Shown: piece after piece, positions 51,300 to 63,300 of the stretch
Layout: the number at the start of each line of letters is the position of its first letter
How positions within the stretch are numbered: position 1 is the first letter of the stretch
Source: Dissostichus eleginoides
Taxonomy: Eukaryota
Assembly (NCBI GenBank): GCA_031216635.1
Contig: CM062274.1
Span: 26,356,913 to 26,420,912 of the forward strand
Reading direction: 5' to 3'
DNA length: 64,000 nt
Notes under the pieces: generated by a model
Database searches by the model: none
What the model saw: the letters and a program-made list of their open reading frames with translations, nothing else
Told to the model about the DNA's origin: nothing
Position numbers and translations under genes: made by a program

Positions 51300-52020
51300 C
51301 CTCTGAAAAAAGAAATGTGTCTCTCAGAATCGAAAGGGAAAAACCTATGGGAAAAACACAAAAGCATTGTACACAATTTAAACCAATGAATGTCGTGGAG
51401 TTAACAAGGATAAACTGATGTTTTTTAGTGGATGAGTAGTGCAGATATCACTTTAAATTCATTTGACAGTGAGGGGAATACGGTTTTATTATGAAAACTT
51501 CGAGACCGGAAATACTGTTTTCACCCCGTGAGGGTTGACGCTAACTTTACATGGACGCTGCCGCATATACACGTTCTCCTGGTGAGACCTCAAATCATCT
51601 TAGTAATATCTATCAAACTATACTGTAGATCCTACACATCCACTGGACGTGGATTCTAAAAGTACAATACACACTTCTCGCTAGAAATCTAATCAAAAAG
51701 TATTTTAATAGCCAAACTATCCTACAATTTAGGATTTTCCAGAGAGGGTTATTTGTGAATATACGACCCTCCGGAGCGTTTGCAATCAACGGGAGCACTA
51801 GAGGTCGAAAACTTTAAAACGTTTATAGGAAAACAATAAATGGTCGTAAGATGAAATCAATTTTAGGGTCGTATAAGCGCAGAACAATCAACCTATTTGG
51901 TCGTAATAAGCGCTTGAACAATCAACCTATTTGGTCGTATGAGTTGGAGTAGATTATTTTACGGCAAAATAAGCGCATTCATCTTTTGCATTCAATTAAT
52001 CTGTGGGGGAATTTAGTGGC
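51300..52020 (-). repeat. Right arm of the large inverted repeat. The subrepeat acgaccaaataggttgattgttc is tandemly expanded here
   Basis: See the left arm. The spacer between the arms is about 2.7 kb with no long ORF. Confidence 0.8.
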
Positions 52021-52084
52021 AGTGACCAAATTATGTTCCCTCAAAAGAGGCTTGTAGACATTTGTGAGAGAAGAGTTTCTCGTA

Positions 52085-52480
52085 AGGCAAGGCAAGTTTA
52101 TTTATAGCACCTTTCAACAAGGCAATTCAAAGCTCTTTACAAAAATGAAAGACATTAAGAAAATGGCATTTAAAAACAGTCATTAAAAAGCAAAGATAAT
52201 ACAATAAACATTAAAAGACAAAATACATGAATAAAAGTTACAGTGCAGTAGGAATAGTTCAATTCAAAGCAGCGGCAAAAAGAAAAGTCTTCAGCCTAGA
52301 TTTAAAAGTAGTAAGAGTTGCAGCGGACCTGCAGGTTTCTGGTAGTTCGTTACAGATATTTGGGGCATAATAACTTAACTTCTCCATGTTTAGTTCTGAC
52401 TCTGGGGACACAAAGTTGACCTGTCCCAGAAGACCTGAGAGATCTGGATTCTTCAGAATTGAGCAGTAGGTCAGCAATGT
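52085..52480 (-). mobile_element. Teleost L2-type LINE/SINE 3'-region repeat, minus strand
   Basis: ORF 52259-52477 (-) reads ..LSYYAPNICNELPETCRSAATLTTFKSRLKTFLFAAAL. The rc tail is tgtaaagagctttgaattgccttgttgaaaggtgctataaataaacttgccttgcc. Confidence 0.7.
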
Positions 52481-53061
52481 ATTTTGGGCCTAAACCTCAT
52501 ATACATCTCTTAATAGATTGTGTGTGAACTAGCTGCCATTGTGACTAACTGTAGCACGTTCCTAGCTAGCGTGTTAGCTCTCTGATTGATTAGTTTGGCT
52601 ACTAGAGCTGCAGGTAGTCACTTTGTGCCCAAGCTTCTAGATTCAAAGTTTGCAAAAAGATGCCTGGATAAATTTCCCTGCAGAGACACTTTCTGATGTG
52701 ATCTGGCCTTGAGACTGGAGAGTGGTTATTTGTATGCCGTGATAAAACAGGCAGGCCTTGCAAATAGAAAAGAGAGAGATTGCCACAGTCTAAAAGGGCG
52801 CTTATTATTCACATTTTCAAGTTCATACAAAGGTGTTTTGTTTCATACTTTTATAAGGAATAAAGTATGCAAAGGTAGTTCTCAAGCCGTATATTATAAT
52901 GATTGTGCGTGTAACCTAGGCCAAATCCAATTCTTGTTGATTCCCATGTTTTCTGATCAAGGCAGCACACAAAGAACTTATGGTTGTCTGATTTTAGTTT
53001 GAGGGTTGAATAGTGAATAGGAAAGAAGGTACAAATATAAACTAAAAACTAAAAACTCTGA

Positions 53062-53064
53062 ACA

Positions 53065-53103
<39 letters not shown>

Positions 53104-53105
53104 AC
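53062..53105. repeat. (CA)n microsatellite
   Basis: Direct reading. Confidence 0.9.
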
Positions 53106-54700
53106 CAAGGACTGTGACACAGATATACACACACCTATTGTAATTGTTGTACTATCTATTTAAATGTAAATTGTGTAGCTTTGTACAATTTCTGAATATT
53201 TACATTTAACCTAATATCATTATTGCCTTCTCTTTGCTGCTATTACTTTTACTACTCTGAGAAGCCTACAAAATGTCACTCTACCTGAGTATAATGTCAA
53301 TAAAGATATTCTGATTCTGACTCTGACTAAGATAACACCCCTGTTCTTACATATGCCATATAGTATTGTTTGTCATTTTAGTATTTATTATGGTTGAGCT
53401 TTTTTGTCATTAGGACTGCCCAATGAAATGCAGTTTTAGACCCCTCCACAATTCACACACACAGAACATATATAAACAAATATAACATCCCTTAAAGTAT
53501 TTGAATTCAAAATAATGAAACAATAAATGAGCCAATATTATGTATAAAAGTAGCAGTTAGGGAAGAAACAAAAATGAAAAAGGGATTTTATTGACAAGGC
53601 AGATATACAAATACGTATTTTACACGCATGTGGAGATATGTGTGATATCAAGGTCATATACAATCATAGTTTCCCATTAAAATGTAGAGACCATGCATTG
53701 GGAGCAGGAGTAACCAGAGTGCAATATCAGATGGAAATGTATTGAAATACAAATCCACAATGTAATATATTTAATAAATTAGCAGTTATAAGACTGCAAT
53801 GCAAAGAGAATTTGGTTGAAACTGGCGGGAATGTGCATATGCGCCTCATTCAGACCAGATTTATTTCTCCTGAGGCAATGGTGTAATTTAACATTAAAAG
53901 GCCAATATGAAGATGTGATGTTGTACTGTCCGCTACAGCTGGATACAGGCAAATCTATGTCTATTACAGACCATATTCCACTCTCATTCAAATGCTGTGG
54001 AGAACACGAGTTAAATTACAGAGGGGCACAGGGGATATTTTACTCCCCACTTCACCCTTTCATGTTAATACCATTCGAATGGGTCTATAGCAGGGGTCTC
54101 CAACACGTCGATCGCGAGTTACCGGTAGCTCGCAAGCCCTTAATAAGTAGCTCGCCAAGCAAATCCCAAATGTAAAAATACACCAAAAAAAAAGGAAATG
54201 TAATTAAAAGAATCTACCCTATGCATAAACAAAACCTCAATCATAGCGAACTCTATCTACTTACTACAACTCTATATCTATCTAACACCCCTCCTCCCCC
54301 CACCCCCACAATGAATATTGACCAATCACGTTCTTGCTTGATTTGCGGGACCAGCGTTGCAGTCTGGAAGAAAAGCAATGTGGAGCGGCAGCTCACCGCT
54401 TCATAAGGAGTGTGACCGTGATTTTCCTTCTGGCAGAATTTACACAACACATCAGCCCCATTGAACAGCCTAGTCATGCCAGCCTATACAGCACATGAGG
54501 GGCAGAGTTTTACTCTGTGTGTGTTGCAACTTGCATATTTATTGCACTTGACGCACACACACGCATGGCGTAATTTCCACTGGGGACAGTCCCCCCCACT
54601 TTTCGAAATCCCGTTTGTGTCCCCCCACTTTACAAATATGTTTATTATATGTTTTAACGCAAGCCGTCATCGCCACGGAGGAGCACACAGCCTCTGTGAG

Positions 54701-54723
54701 CGAGAGAGAGAGAGAGAGAGCGA

Positions 54724-54761
<38 letters not shown>
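54701..54761. repeat. (GA)n microsatellite
   Basis: Direct reading. Confidence 0.9.
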
Positions 54762-54879
54762 ACCTTTATCTATTTAATATAGTTGTAACAAATAAAGTAT
54801 GAAATCATTCCAATTGTACTATATTGTATTTAAAAGGGGAGTGATTAGTAAAATATGCATAAATAAAAAGAAAGACTGC

Positions 54880-54935
54880 TAACTAGGTAACATAAGATAA
54901 CATAACATAACATAACATAAGATAAGAATAAACAA
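54880..54935. repeat. (ACATA/AGATA)n simple repeat
   Basis: taacataagataacataacataacataacataagataagaata. Confidence 0.7.
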
Positions 54936-56302
54936 GTTTAAATGATTTGTTATCGGTTGTGATCATATTCTAAAGATGTTTGGATTATTGAAAAGTATAC
55001 AGCTCCCTTTCATCTGAGTGTTGAGAGCTGTATCCATAAATTCATTTTGTGCTCAAAGTGCATCAGATGGATGCTTATAACTTCAACATTTAAAAAAACA
55101 TCTTCCCGGGGGTGCATGCCCCCGGACCCCCTTGGGGATGTGAGGTCCACCCCGAAATAAAGCAGGTTAAAATAATTAAATTGCATACATGTTCTTTTAG
55201 TAAACACTGCAAACGGGTCCCACAGACCCAAACAGCACACAAAGGTTAAAGGTAAGCATATAATAATGTTAAAATGTGCTAAATATATACACTGCAAAAA
55301 ACAAAAAAGAGGAGTAAAAGTAGCTCACGACTTGTTTTATTTTTTGAAAGTAGCTCTCATCCTAAAAAAGGTATAGAATACAAAATACATTTCAAAAGAA
55401 AAAAACATGCATCGTGTTCAGTTGCAAATTTGCCTTTAAATGAGCAAAGCCTTTTAGTGATTCAAAGCGTAAAAGGAACAGACTGTGGAGAAAATGAAAC
55501 TAAGAGGAGTGGTACAATCAAAAGATCTCAAGGACACTTGTAGTTTTAGAGAGGTCACATCTGTAATAGACTAATGTAGTTCTCACCTTCACAGTTTATA
55601 GGAGCAGCCTTGAGGGAAAAGGCCAGCGAGAGTGAGCCGAGCTCTGGGCTTCGGGGAGGCCTGTGTGGGCTACATGCTGAAAGGGTGCCCTTCATTTCTA
55701 GACAGCATGCCCTTTTTAAAATACAATCATAGATAGAGGGTGAGTGGCAGTCTCACTGTTGTCTGTCCCAATTGCTACACTAGGTCACAAACGTGCCCTC
55801 AAGAGCCTCATTTGTGCACACTCATCCGGAGTCCCACGTGGGGTTAGATTTAAGCAGGAAGAGCCATTTGCGTAAGGATAGGAAAAGACTGTAAGTTCCT
55901 TTTTCAGTTAAATAGTAGACACTTTTCTTTCGGCTATCACTTGCTGTGCATAGCCGTTTTGTTTGAAACAGGGACCAGCTGATTCTGCAGTAGTCGCTAA
56001 CCTGCCAGTCGGACCAATGACTATCCCAACAGAGATCTCAAGAAGGTCACACCGAATAGACGAATGATGACAGCTGGGATAGAAAAGGATAAGCCAAGTC
56101 TCCTCCGTCATCAGGGGCATCATACGATCACTGGCTAAGAAAAACGATGAGCTAATCACGCTGGTGGTTAGTCAGACCGATTATCTGGGGTGAAGTTTAA
56201 TGTGCTTTATGGAAACATGGCTGCATCAGGATGGATATGAGCACAACCCTTCCATTGATGGCTTCCGGATTGTTCTGGTTTAAAGGGATTGCACCACCGT
56301 GT

Positions 56303-56652
56303 TCATCATGTCTACACCATGAGTCTGAGTCTTCATCATGTCTTCATCATGAGTCTGGGTCTTCATCATGTCTTCACCTTGAGTCTGAGTCTTCATCATG
56401 TCTCCACCCTGAGCCTGAGTCTTCATCATGTCTCCACCCTGAGCCTGAGTCTTCATCATGTCTACACCATGAGTCTGAGTCTTCATCATGTCTCCACCCT
56501 GAGCCTGAGTCTTCATCATGTCTACACCATGAGTCTGAGTCTTCATCATGTCTCCACCCTGAGCCTGAGTCTTCATCATGTCTTCACCTTGAGTCTGAGT
56601 CTTCATCATGTCTTCACCTTGAGTCTGGGTCTTCATCATGTCTTCATCATGA
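56303..56652. repeat. 30-bp minisatellite, about 11.5 tandem units
   Basis: The unit is tcttcatcatgtct(a/c/t)ca(c)c(a/c)tgag(t/c)ctgag, with variants tctacaccatgagtctgag, tctccaccctgagcctgag and tcttcaccttgagtctgag. It generates the repetitive ORFs 56231-56701, 56280-56639 and 56289-56816. Confidence 0.9.
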
Positions 56653-57954
56653 GTCTTCAGGGGTTCTCTTTCCTATGGCAGGCGTCCTGCCTTGTTTTTA
56701 GATCAACTTCTTGTGTTTCTATCATTATTTTAATGAACCTATCAGTATTTAAATCATTTTTTTGTTTTTATTCTAATATTGTACAACTGTCAAAACCCAA
56801 TTTCCCCCCGGGATAAACCAAGTATTCAGATTATGAGTGCCTAAACATGACAATTAAGTCACCATGAGTGGATATCGCAGAGAAAACCAATGAAATAAAT
56901 TGATTGTTAATAGCGTTTCCTAATGTTAATTAACAACTTAATCAGGCAGCATTGCTATGTCCCTTTAATAACAGATATGCTGTTTCTAATTAGCAGAATG
57001 TAAATGTACAGTCATTTCTAAAGACAGGGTTAACTAGATGCAGCTGAGACTCATTTATTATGCTTTATCGATGCGGTGGCAGTATTTTAAGCAGTGAGGA
57101 AAACAATGTTTTGTTTTCCTGCTTCACAAACTTTGGCAAAGCTTGGGAACGTGCTGTGATTGGTAAATGTCAGGTTGGCTGAAATGTAACACTTATGCGA
57201 ATATTTTGGGATTGGATCGGAACACAATCTGCTTTTAGTAAAGAGCAGGCACATTCAAAGTTTATAAAATGAATCCAATTATTATTTTCTGATTTGTTTG
57301 AACTTTGCTTCAAGACATGTTTTACACATCTTTAGTTATATACAAGTAAAGCTTTAAAGGTTCTATTAATATGTGTGCCGAGACACTCTTTATGGCCCAT
57401 TCTCAGGGTAATCCTTGCATTTATATGTTTTCATTCTTGTGTGACATTGTTAAGTGTTAAAGAAACTCACTATGTTCACTCTATTATATGTCTCATACTG
57501 TATGTCTGAATATACGCTGTATGTATCCTTCACCCTACATGCCCTAAGAGCCTGTCTCTTATTGACGTGCAAACTAAAACATTTAGCACACCTTACCAAA
57601 GTGTGTTCTCAAGCCGAGGCTGGAAATACTCAGAAGGGGATCGGTATATTCTAGAATTACCGGAGCCAAATCCTAATGTTGTTGAATTTTCAATTAATGT
57701 TTTCTGATCGAGGCAGCCCACAAAAAACGGACTTGGTTATCTTTATGATGGGAATTTACAGTGATTCAATATATATGTAGGTTTCCTCGCTATGAAATGT
57801 TCTCAGATAGAAGGGTGTCGCCCTGACCATTGTCAGGCAATTATCTTATGGATGTTAGGGTTGTAATTAACACACTGTGCTTCCCCTTCTGTCTGCCCCC
57901 AACCCAACTTGGGACTGTAATGTGGATTGCCTTCCTTTCTGTGTCATCTGTATG

Positions 57955-58633
57955 AGGCCCTGGCCACACGGAGACGAAACGGGTCGTATCCGCTACAGTT
58001 CTCTATCTTATAGACGGTTCGTCCACACGAGGCCGAGAGGGAAACGCGGATAGCGATAACGGGTCCCAAGGTGGGTAGATCTGCGGACGCAACGCTCTGG
58101 GGGGCCAAACGGCTCCGCGTGTACGCCCTATACGATAATTTCCTAATAACGATCGCACCATAGCCCCGCCTCTCCCCACCTCTGCTGCTCACCCCCGCGT
58201 CACCTGCGTCATTGCTGATGTGTTTCGCCAACAACAACAACAATGGCGGATCACAGGGTTGCTTTCGTGCTCAAGAGGCTACTGACCATGATACAGATGT
58301 TAGTGCAAAATCTACAGCTCCTCTACCACAACCATCAGCAACAAGTGGACATGGAGAACTACATGAACTACATGTTGCTAAATCCACCGCGGAGAATAAA
58401 CAGAAGGGCAACCAGGCAACCATGGCAACCATGCTCGGGGGGTCTCGCTGCTTTTGGTGTATTTTGTGGCGGAAGTACAGCGCCACTTACAGGCCCGGCA
58501 TATGTAATACAGCGTCTCCAGTGGGTCGAGCGGTCTCGTGTGGACGGACACGTTTCTTGAGCCGATTCCGTGAGGACGGAAGACTTTTTTGATATCGAAT
58601 TCGGTTTGTTTTCGTCTCCCTGTGGCCGGGCCT
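57955..58633. mobile_element. Unclassified 679-bp element with about 26-bp TIRs (AGGCCCTGGCCACACGGAGACGAAAC) and subterminal repeats, enclosing a 105-aa ORF
   Basis: The left end AGGCCCTGGCCACACGGAGACGAAAC pairs with the rc of the right end AGGCCCGGCCACAGGGAGACGAAAAC. Internal copies are ccacacgaggccgagagggaaacgcgg and, in rc, ccgtcctcacggaatcgg. The body is GC-rich with ORF 58243-58560 (+). Confidence 0.6.
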
Positions 58634-59639
58634 AAGTGACATTGCTTTTCTGTGTAACGGGGTCAGATCCTGGTACTATCTACTAGTGCAGGACCTCTGT
58701 CCTTTCCAGCTGGAAATAGGATTGATTCTGTTAAATGCTATAACTCTTTATTAAATAATACGACTTTGGTTTAAGCTTGTATATTTGTTCTTTTCTTACC
58801 AGAAGGTGATTAAGTGTGGAATTTCCACCACAATCTTATTTCAGTTTTATGGGTTGGGTTGAAACTCCAGATAACCAAATGTGTTTAAAGATAAGATTAC
58901 GACAAAGACAACGAAATACTCTTTGCATCCTACCAGAAGTGCAAACAAAAAAACATTAAAGTGCAGTGTAAGGCATAGTAAAATATAAGTATATGACAGA
59001 TACAAACTGAAGTATTTACAGTATGAACACAGTACAGTACATGTGTGTATAAACAAATATAGAAATTCAACACTATAGAGCAGGTACAACTACAGTACTA
59101 TAGACGGTATAATTTTGACATTATAGACAGAATAAATATGAATACAGTATAGACAGATATTGACACTATCGGCAAGTGTTTCCACTGCATATGTTCACTT
59201 TTGTTGGCACAATATCTGTAAGAGGCAAAAAAGTCCAAACAGCCACTAACTAAAGATTCTACATTTAGGTAAGCATTTTACTGCAGCCAGGAATGTTTCA
59301 CCATCTGATCCACAATCCTTCTTGCTGTACTGTACGTTCTTATCCCAATGTTAGGGTGGGGGTGTGATTGGCACATTAAGCATACTGGATGTTACTGGAT
59401 GTTACTGGATGTTCCCGGCACAAGATGAAGCAGAGGGGCTAAGAGTGCAATGATTAATGTTGCATTACAGTGGTGCGTTCTCATTCTAAGTGTAATTCTG
59501 TGGCTGATTGGTCTGAGAGTATTTTCAGTGTAAGAGAACTTGGTAAAGGTTCAGGATGTGTCACATCTAATGTTGCTGCACAAATTGTTCCGGACTGGAG
59601 AGCTTTAACTTCAGCTTCCTGGTCCACTACTTGACCTGA

Positions 59640-60010
59640 GTCATGAAAAGAACATTATTATTAAGTAAAACCAGTTATCATGACTCGAGATCAGGAATCA
59701 AGAACTTGAAAATGAATCACTTGCATTTTCTCACATAATATGTATACTGTATATGAGAACGAGAAATTATTACGTTTCAGCTTTATTATCATTATACAAT
59801 ACCAGATTGACCATTGAAATGCAATTGTAGCCCCTTCCAAGCATCTCAGACACACAAACAAATATATTATATTACATACAATTATTTGAAATAATAAGTC
59901 AGGAAAAGAACATTATTATTAAGTAAAAACATCATGACTCAAGATCAAGAATCAAGAACTTGAAAATGAATCACACAATATATTATATTACATACAATTA
60001 TTTGAAATAG
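59640..60010. repeat. Local tandem duplication (about 250-bp unit, 1.5 copies)
   Basis: aaaagaacattattattaagtaaaa..catgactc(g/a)agatca(g/a)gaatcaagaacttgaaaatgaatcac and atatattatattacatacaattatttgaaata each occur twice. Confidence 0.7.
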
Positions 60011-62859
60011 AATGGAATAAAACTATTAATTTCCTAAGAGTAGCAGTTTAGAAAGAAATACAATGAAAATGAGATTATATTAAGATCAATGTAGTCAAGG
60101 AAACCAACTTTTTTTAAAGAATTGGAGCAATCAGCTGCTTTTGAGAAAATAATGATAGCTTTAACTCTCCGTTTCCTGTGCATGTCATTATCTTTCTTTA
60201 TGTTTTATTTTCAAAGAGTTTTGTGTAATCTCTGTTTTTAGCAACTGTCTCTGTATGTTCCTGCTTGTGTGATTGTCCGCTCACTCTGGTCATTTTACCT
60301 GCTTTCACCTGCCTTGTCTCTTGCCTGCCCTCTCAAACTTTGTCTTGTATATGTGATTAGTTCTGCTTGTATTTAAGTCCTCATTTTCTCATAGTCTTTA
60401 CAGATCCTTGCACGTTGTTACTTCCCAAAGAACTGTTTGGTTTTGCTTTGTCTCGCCTTGCCCTGTTCTGGATTCCTGATATAAAGGTATCGTTCTGGTC
60501 CAATAAGTCTTTCCTGCAAAGTTTTTCCAAATCCTTCATTTGGGTCCTCTCACAGTAATCCATAATTATTGATCTGACTAAGACAGCCTTGTGCTTTCAT
60601 ATGAACACAGGGCAGAGGAGTCTAGTTGGTCATGATTTGTCTCATCTTTCACTTCTTAATCTTTCTCTGTATGCTTGCTATGGTTTTGCCTATTATTATG
60701 CAGTTATTTTGATAACAGCAAGTGTTCCTGATGGGGTGGACATTTCCATATACCTCCCAGTAATAAACAGACTTCCAATTCACTAATGGTCTTGTCTTAA
60801 ATCTGCAAACATAGTGTACATTTGGACCACAAAATCTAAAGACTCCATTTGCGATCCCCTGCTGTTAAAGCCCTGCTGAGCTGACACAGTCTTTCATTTC
60901 CACTAATGAAAAATAAAAGGATGGAGGTGCTGAATGTGTTTTAAATTCCAGCAGGATTGGATATAACTTTATGAACAGATGAATAGATTTATAAAGTTAA
61001 AAAGTTGTCTTTTGTAAATGACCACTTAGAAAATACTTAATTTAATCCATCACTGAGTAATCTTTTATGTCGAAACACAATGTTAAAGGGATGACTATAA
61101 TTACGTAATAATGATTCCAACGAAATTATAAAAAGCCAGAAGTATTTAAACTCTCAGCCTATCTCAGGCCAATTATGAAATAGTGTATGGAAATTAGAAT
61201 ATCTCTTATTTCGTGCCAATCATTCTCACAGAATAAGCTCTAATGTATATGAATGTATTCATTAAGACAGCAGAGCACATTTAATCTGTCTTTTTACCGA
61301 GATCTTCATCATGCAGTGAGAAGTGTTCAAACACTTAGACATAAAGACCCTTTAAATGAATTAAAAAAGGAGTCAGATTACGTTTCTCTTGCCAATATTC
61401 AGTGATTTCTAAAATAAGACCCTAATTACAGTACTTTGAACTTTATAAGGAGAATAACATAATCTTATTATCACTTACAATCAGAATTAGGCAAAGAAGA
61501 AAGTTGAGAGCAATAAAAAAGTCATTTTTAGACAATTATTTTCTATACAAAGTTGATGTTAATCTATATACTGTAATTGTTGATGTTACAGGATTTTCTT
61601 TTAACGCAGAACCAAAGTGGTGGATCGAACAATTTTTAGACAGACAGACTATTGATAGACCTAGACACTTTGTAGAAAATAAACATTGTGTCCTATTGTT
61701 GGTCTTTTGAGTCGACAACAACAAGCGTTTTTGTCTTGTGGAGAAAGGTTTGCTTGAACGCTCTGGCAGCTACATGGTAAATTAACCTTGTAGCTAACAT
61801 TCACTTCATCAAATATGCTTACAATTCCACACGCATAGCGGGGAGGCACTGAATTATGGCAGAGAAGTATCTCACCAACATACTGTAAGAAGGATGGTTT
61901 GAAAAAGAATAAGCGATGTGAAGACGTTCTGAGAGCAGCAACAAACAGCGAAGAGGGAAAAATCCCCCTCGGAGAATCGATGAAAAGTGAAGTCTTATGT
62001 GAAAAGATCAGGTACAAGAGGAGCGAAATATCTAACCGAGAACATCTGAGTAAACAAACTGCCAACTATAAACTAAAAAGACCCTAACCCAGGCATGAAT
62101 AAAACCGAACATAAGTCAGAGGAAATCATCTATTTCTACTTTAAGAGTTGAAAAACAGGTTGCAGTAACTTAAAGTTAGAGTGTACTTTTGTTTTTATGA
62201 CAGCAAGGGAACTCTAGTCTGAGTCTTGAACCAGCCTGAGTTGTTTTACAGTGTACCTTTCATGAGCCCAGAAGAACACTATCAAAGCACTTTTCACCGT
62301 CTTTATTCTACCTCGCATTGCTTCTGCAGGAAAGGAGCTTTGGAGCTAAAATCCCCCTGGAAACCGCAGGGTTTAGTCTTTTGTTATTCAATTTTCCTCA
62401 AACCTTTGTAAAGGAATTAAAAGGAATCAACAGGAGATATTCCTCTATGACATTTACAGGAGATTTGAAGGTAATATTTGCTATAAAGGTGAATCAAAGT
62501 TACAGGAACAATCACGTCTGCACACAGAGACTCCGGGGATCTACTGATCCCACATCAGTTTGTAACCCTTTGATAACACTGGAAGCAGACAAAGTGGTTG
62601 TGTTTAGTAAGGAAATATTTACATTTGTAACCCATAACTGTGAAATGTCTTGAAAACTTCTGGAGAGATTGCTACTGAATCTGGTGCAGATCGTCCTGTT
62701 GCCAAGGGGATGAATCTTTTTGATCTTCTGAAATGTTCTCCAAGCGCAGGTTAAACTTTTCAACTTTCTAGTGGAATACTACGTTATCATCTACTGGATG
62801 AACTGGGGCAAAATGAAAGGTTATGAAGTCAGGAACAACGTTTTAACCCGAAAAATGGG

Positions 62860-63300
62860 ACATTACATTACATTTTACTTAGCTGACACTTCCAGCTAAG
62901 TAAAGCAACTTACAATAAGTACACTTAACCATGAAGATGAAAACTGAAAACAGCAAAAATCCTGCATCCTAACTACATTAGCCTTCAATAATGTGCTACT
63001 GCACTAGCTTTCAATAAGCAAAACCCTTCCAGGTGCTACTGTACATACAGACATTGTTTGTTCTTTTATTAATTGGCCATGACGCAGTGAAAACAGATGG
63101 GTTTTCAGTCTGCGACAGGGATTGGGAGGACTTTCTGCTGTCCTGATATCAATGTGGAGCTTTTTGCACAATTTTGGAGCCTGGGTAGCAAACAGATGTG
63201 TTTTGTTGAGGTGTACCTGGGTCACACTTGCAATGAGGTAGAAGGTAGCCGATTGGCCGATATACAGCAAAGTGCACATGCTAGAGTGTTTGATTTAACA
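62860..63300 (-). mobile_element. SINE/LINE-tail-like repeat (cattacattttacttagctgac..ccagctaagtaaagcaacttacaataagt motif; minus-strand ..RRLKTHLF peptide)
   Basis: ORF 63004-63279 (-) contains NPCRRLKTHLFS and LNKTHLFA. The 5' part resembles the widespread fish SINE motif cattacatttagcagacgc..tccaaagcgacttaca. Confidence 0.45.

Noticed and set aside
48057-51798. ORFs 48057-48269 (+) and 51613-51798 (-) encoding the same 60-70-aa peptide
   Set aside because: They are the same sequence in the two arms of the large inverted repeat. They lack protein-like composition and are most likely non-coding.
55100-55150. Short GC palindrome cccgggggtgcatgcccccgg
   Set aside because: It is only about 20 bp with an off-by-one asymmetry. 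It is probably a chance or simple-sequence feature.
56231-56816. Three overlapping 119-175-aa ORFs on both strands
   Set aside because: All are generated by the 30-bp minisatellite, whose period is a multiple of 3. There is no start or stop context, and the peptides are pure repeats.
62860-62940. Possible tRNA-derived SINE head (cattacattttacttagctgac...)
   Set aside because: It resembles the common fish SINE motif but does not fold into an obvious tRNA cloverleaf by inspection. It is called a repeat, not a tRNA gene.
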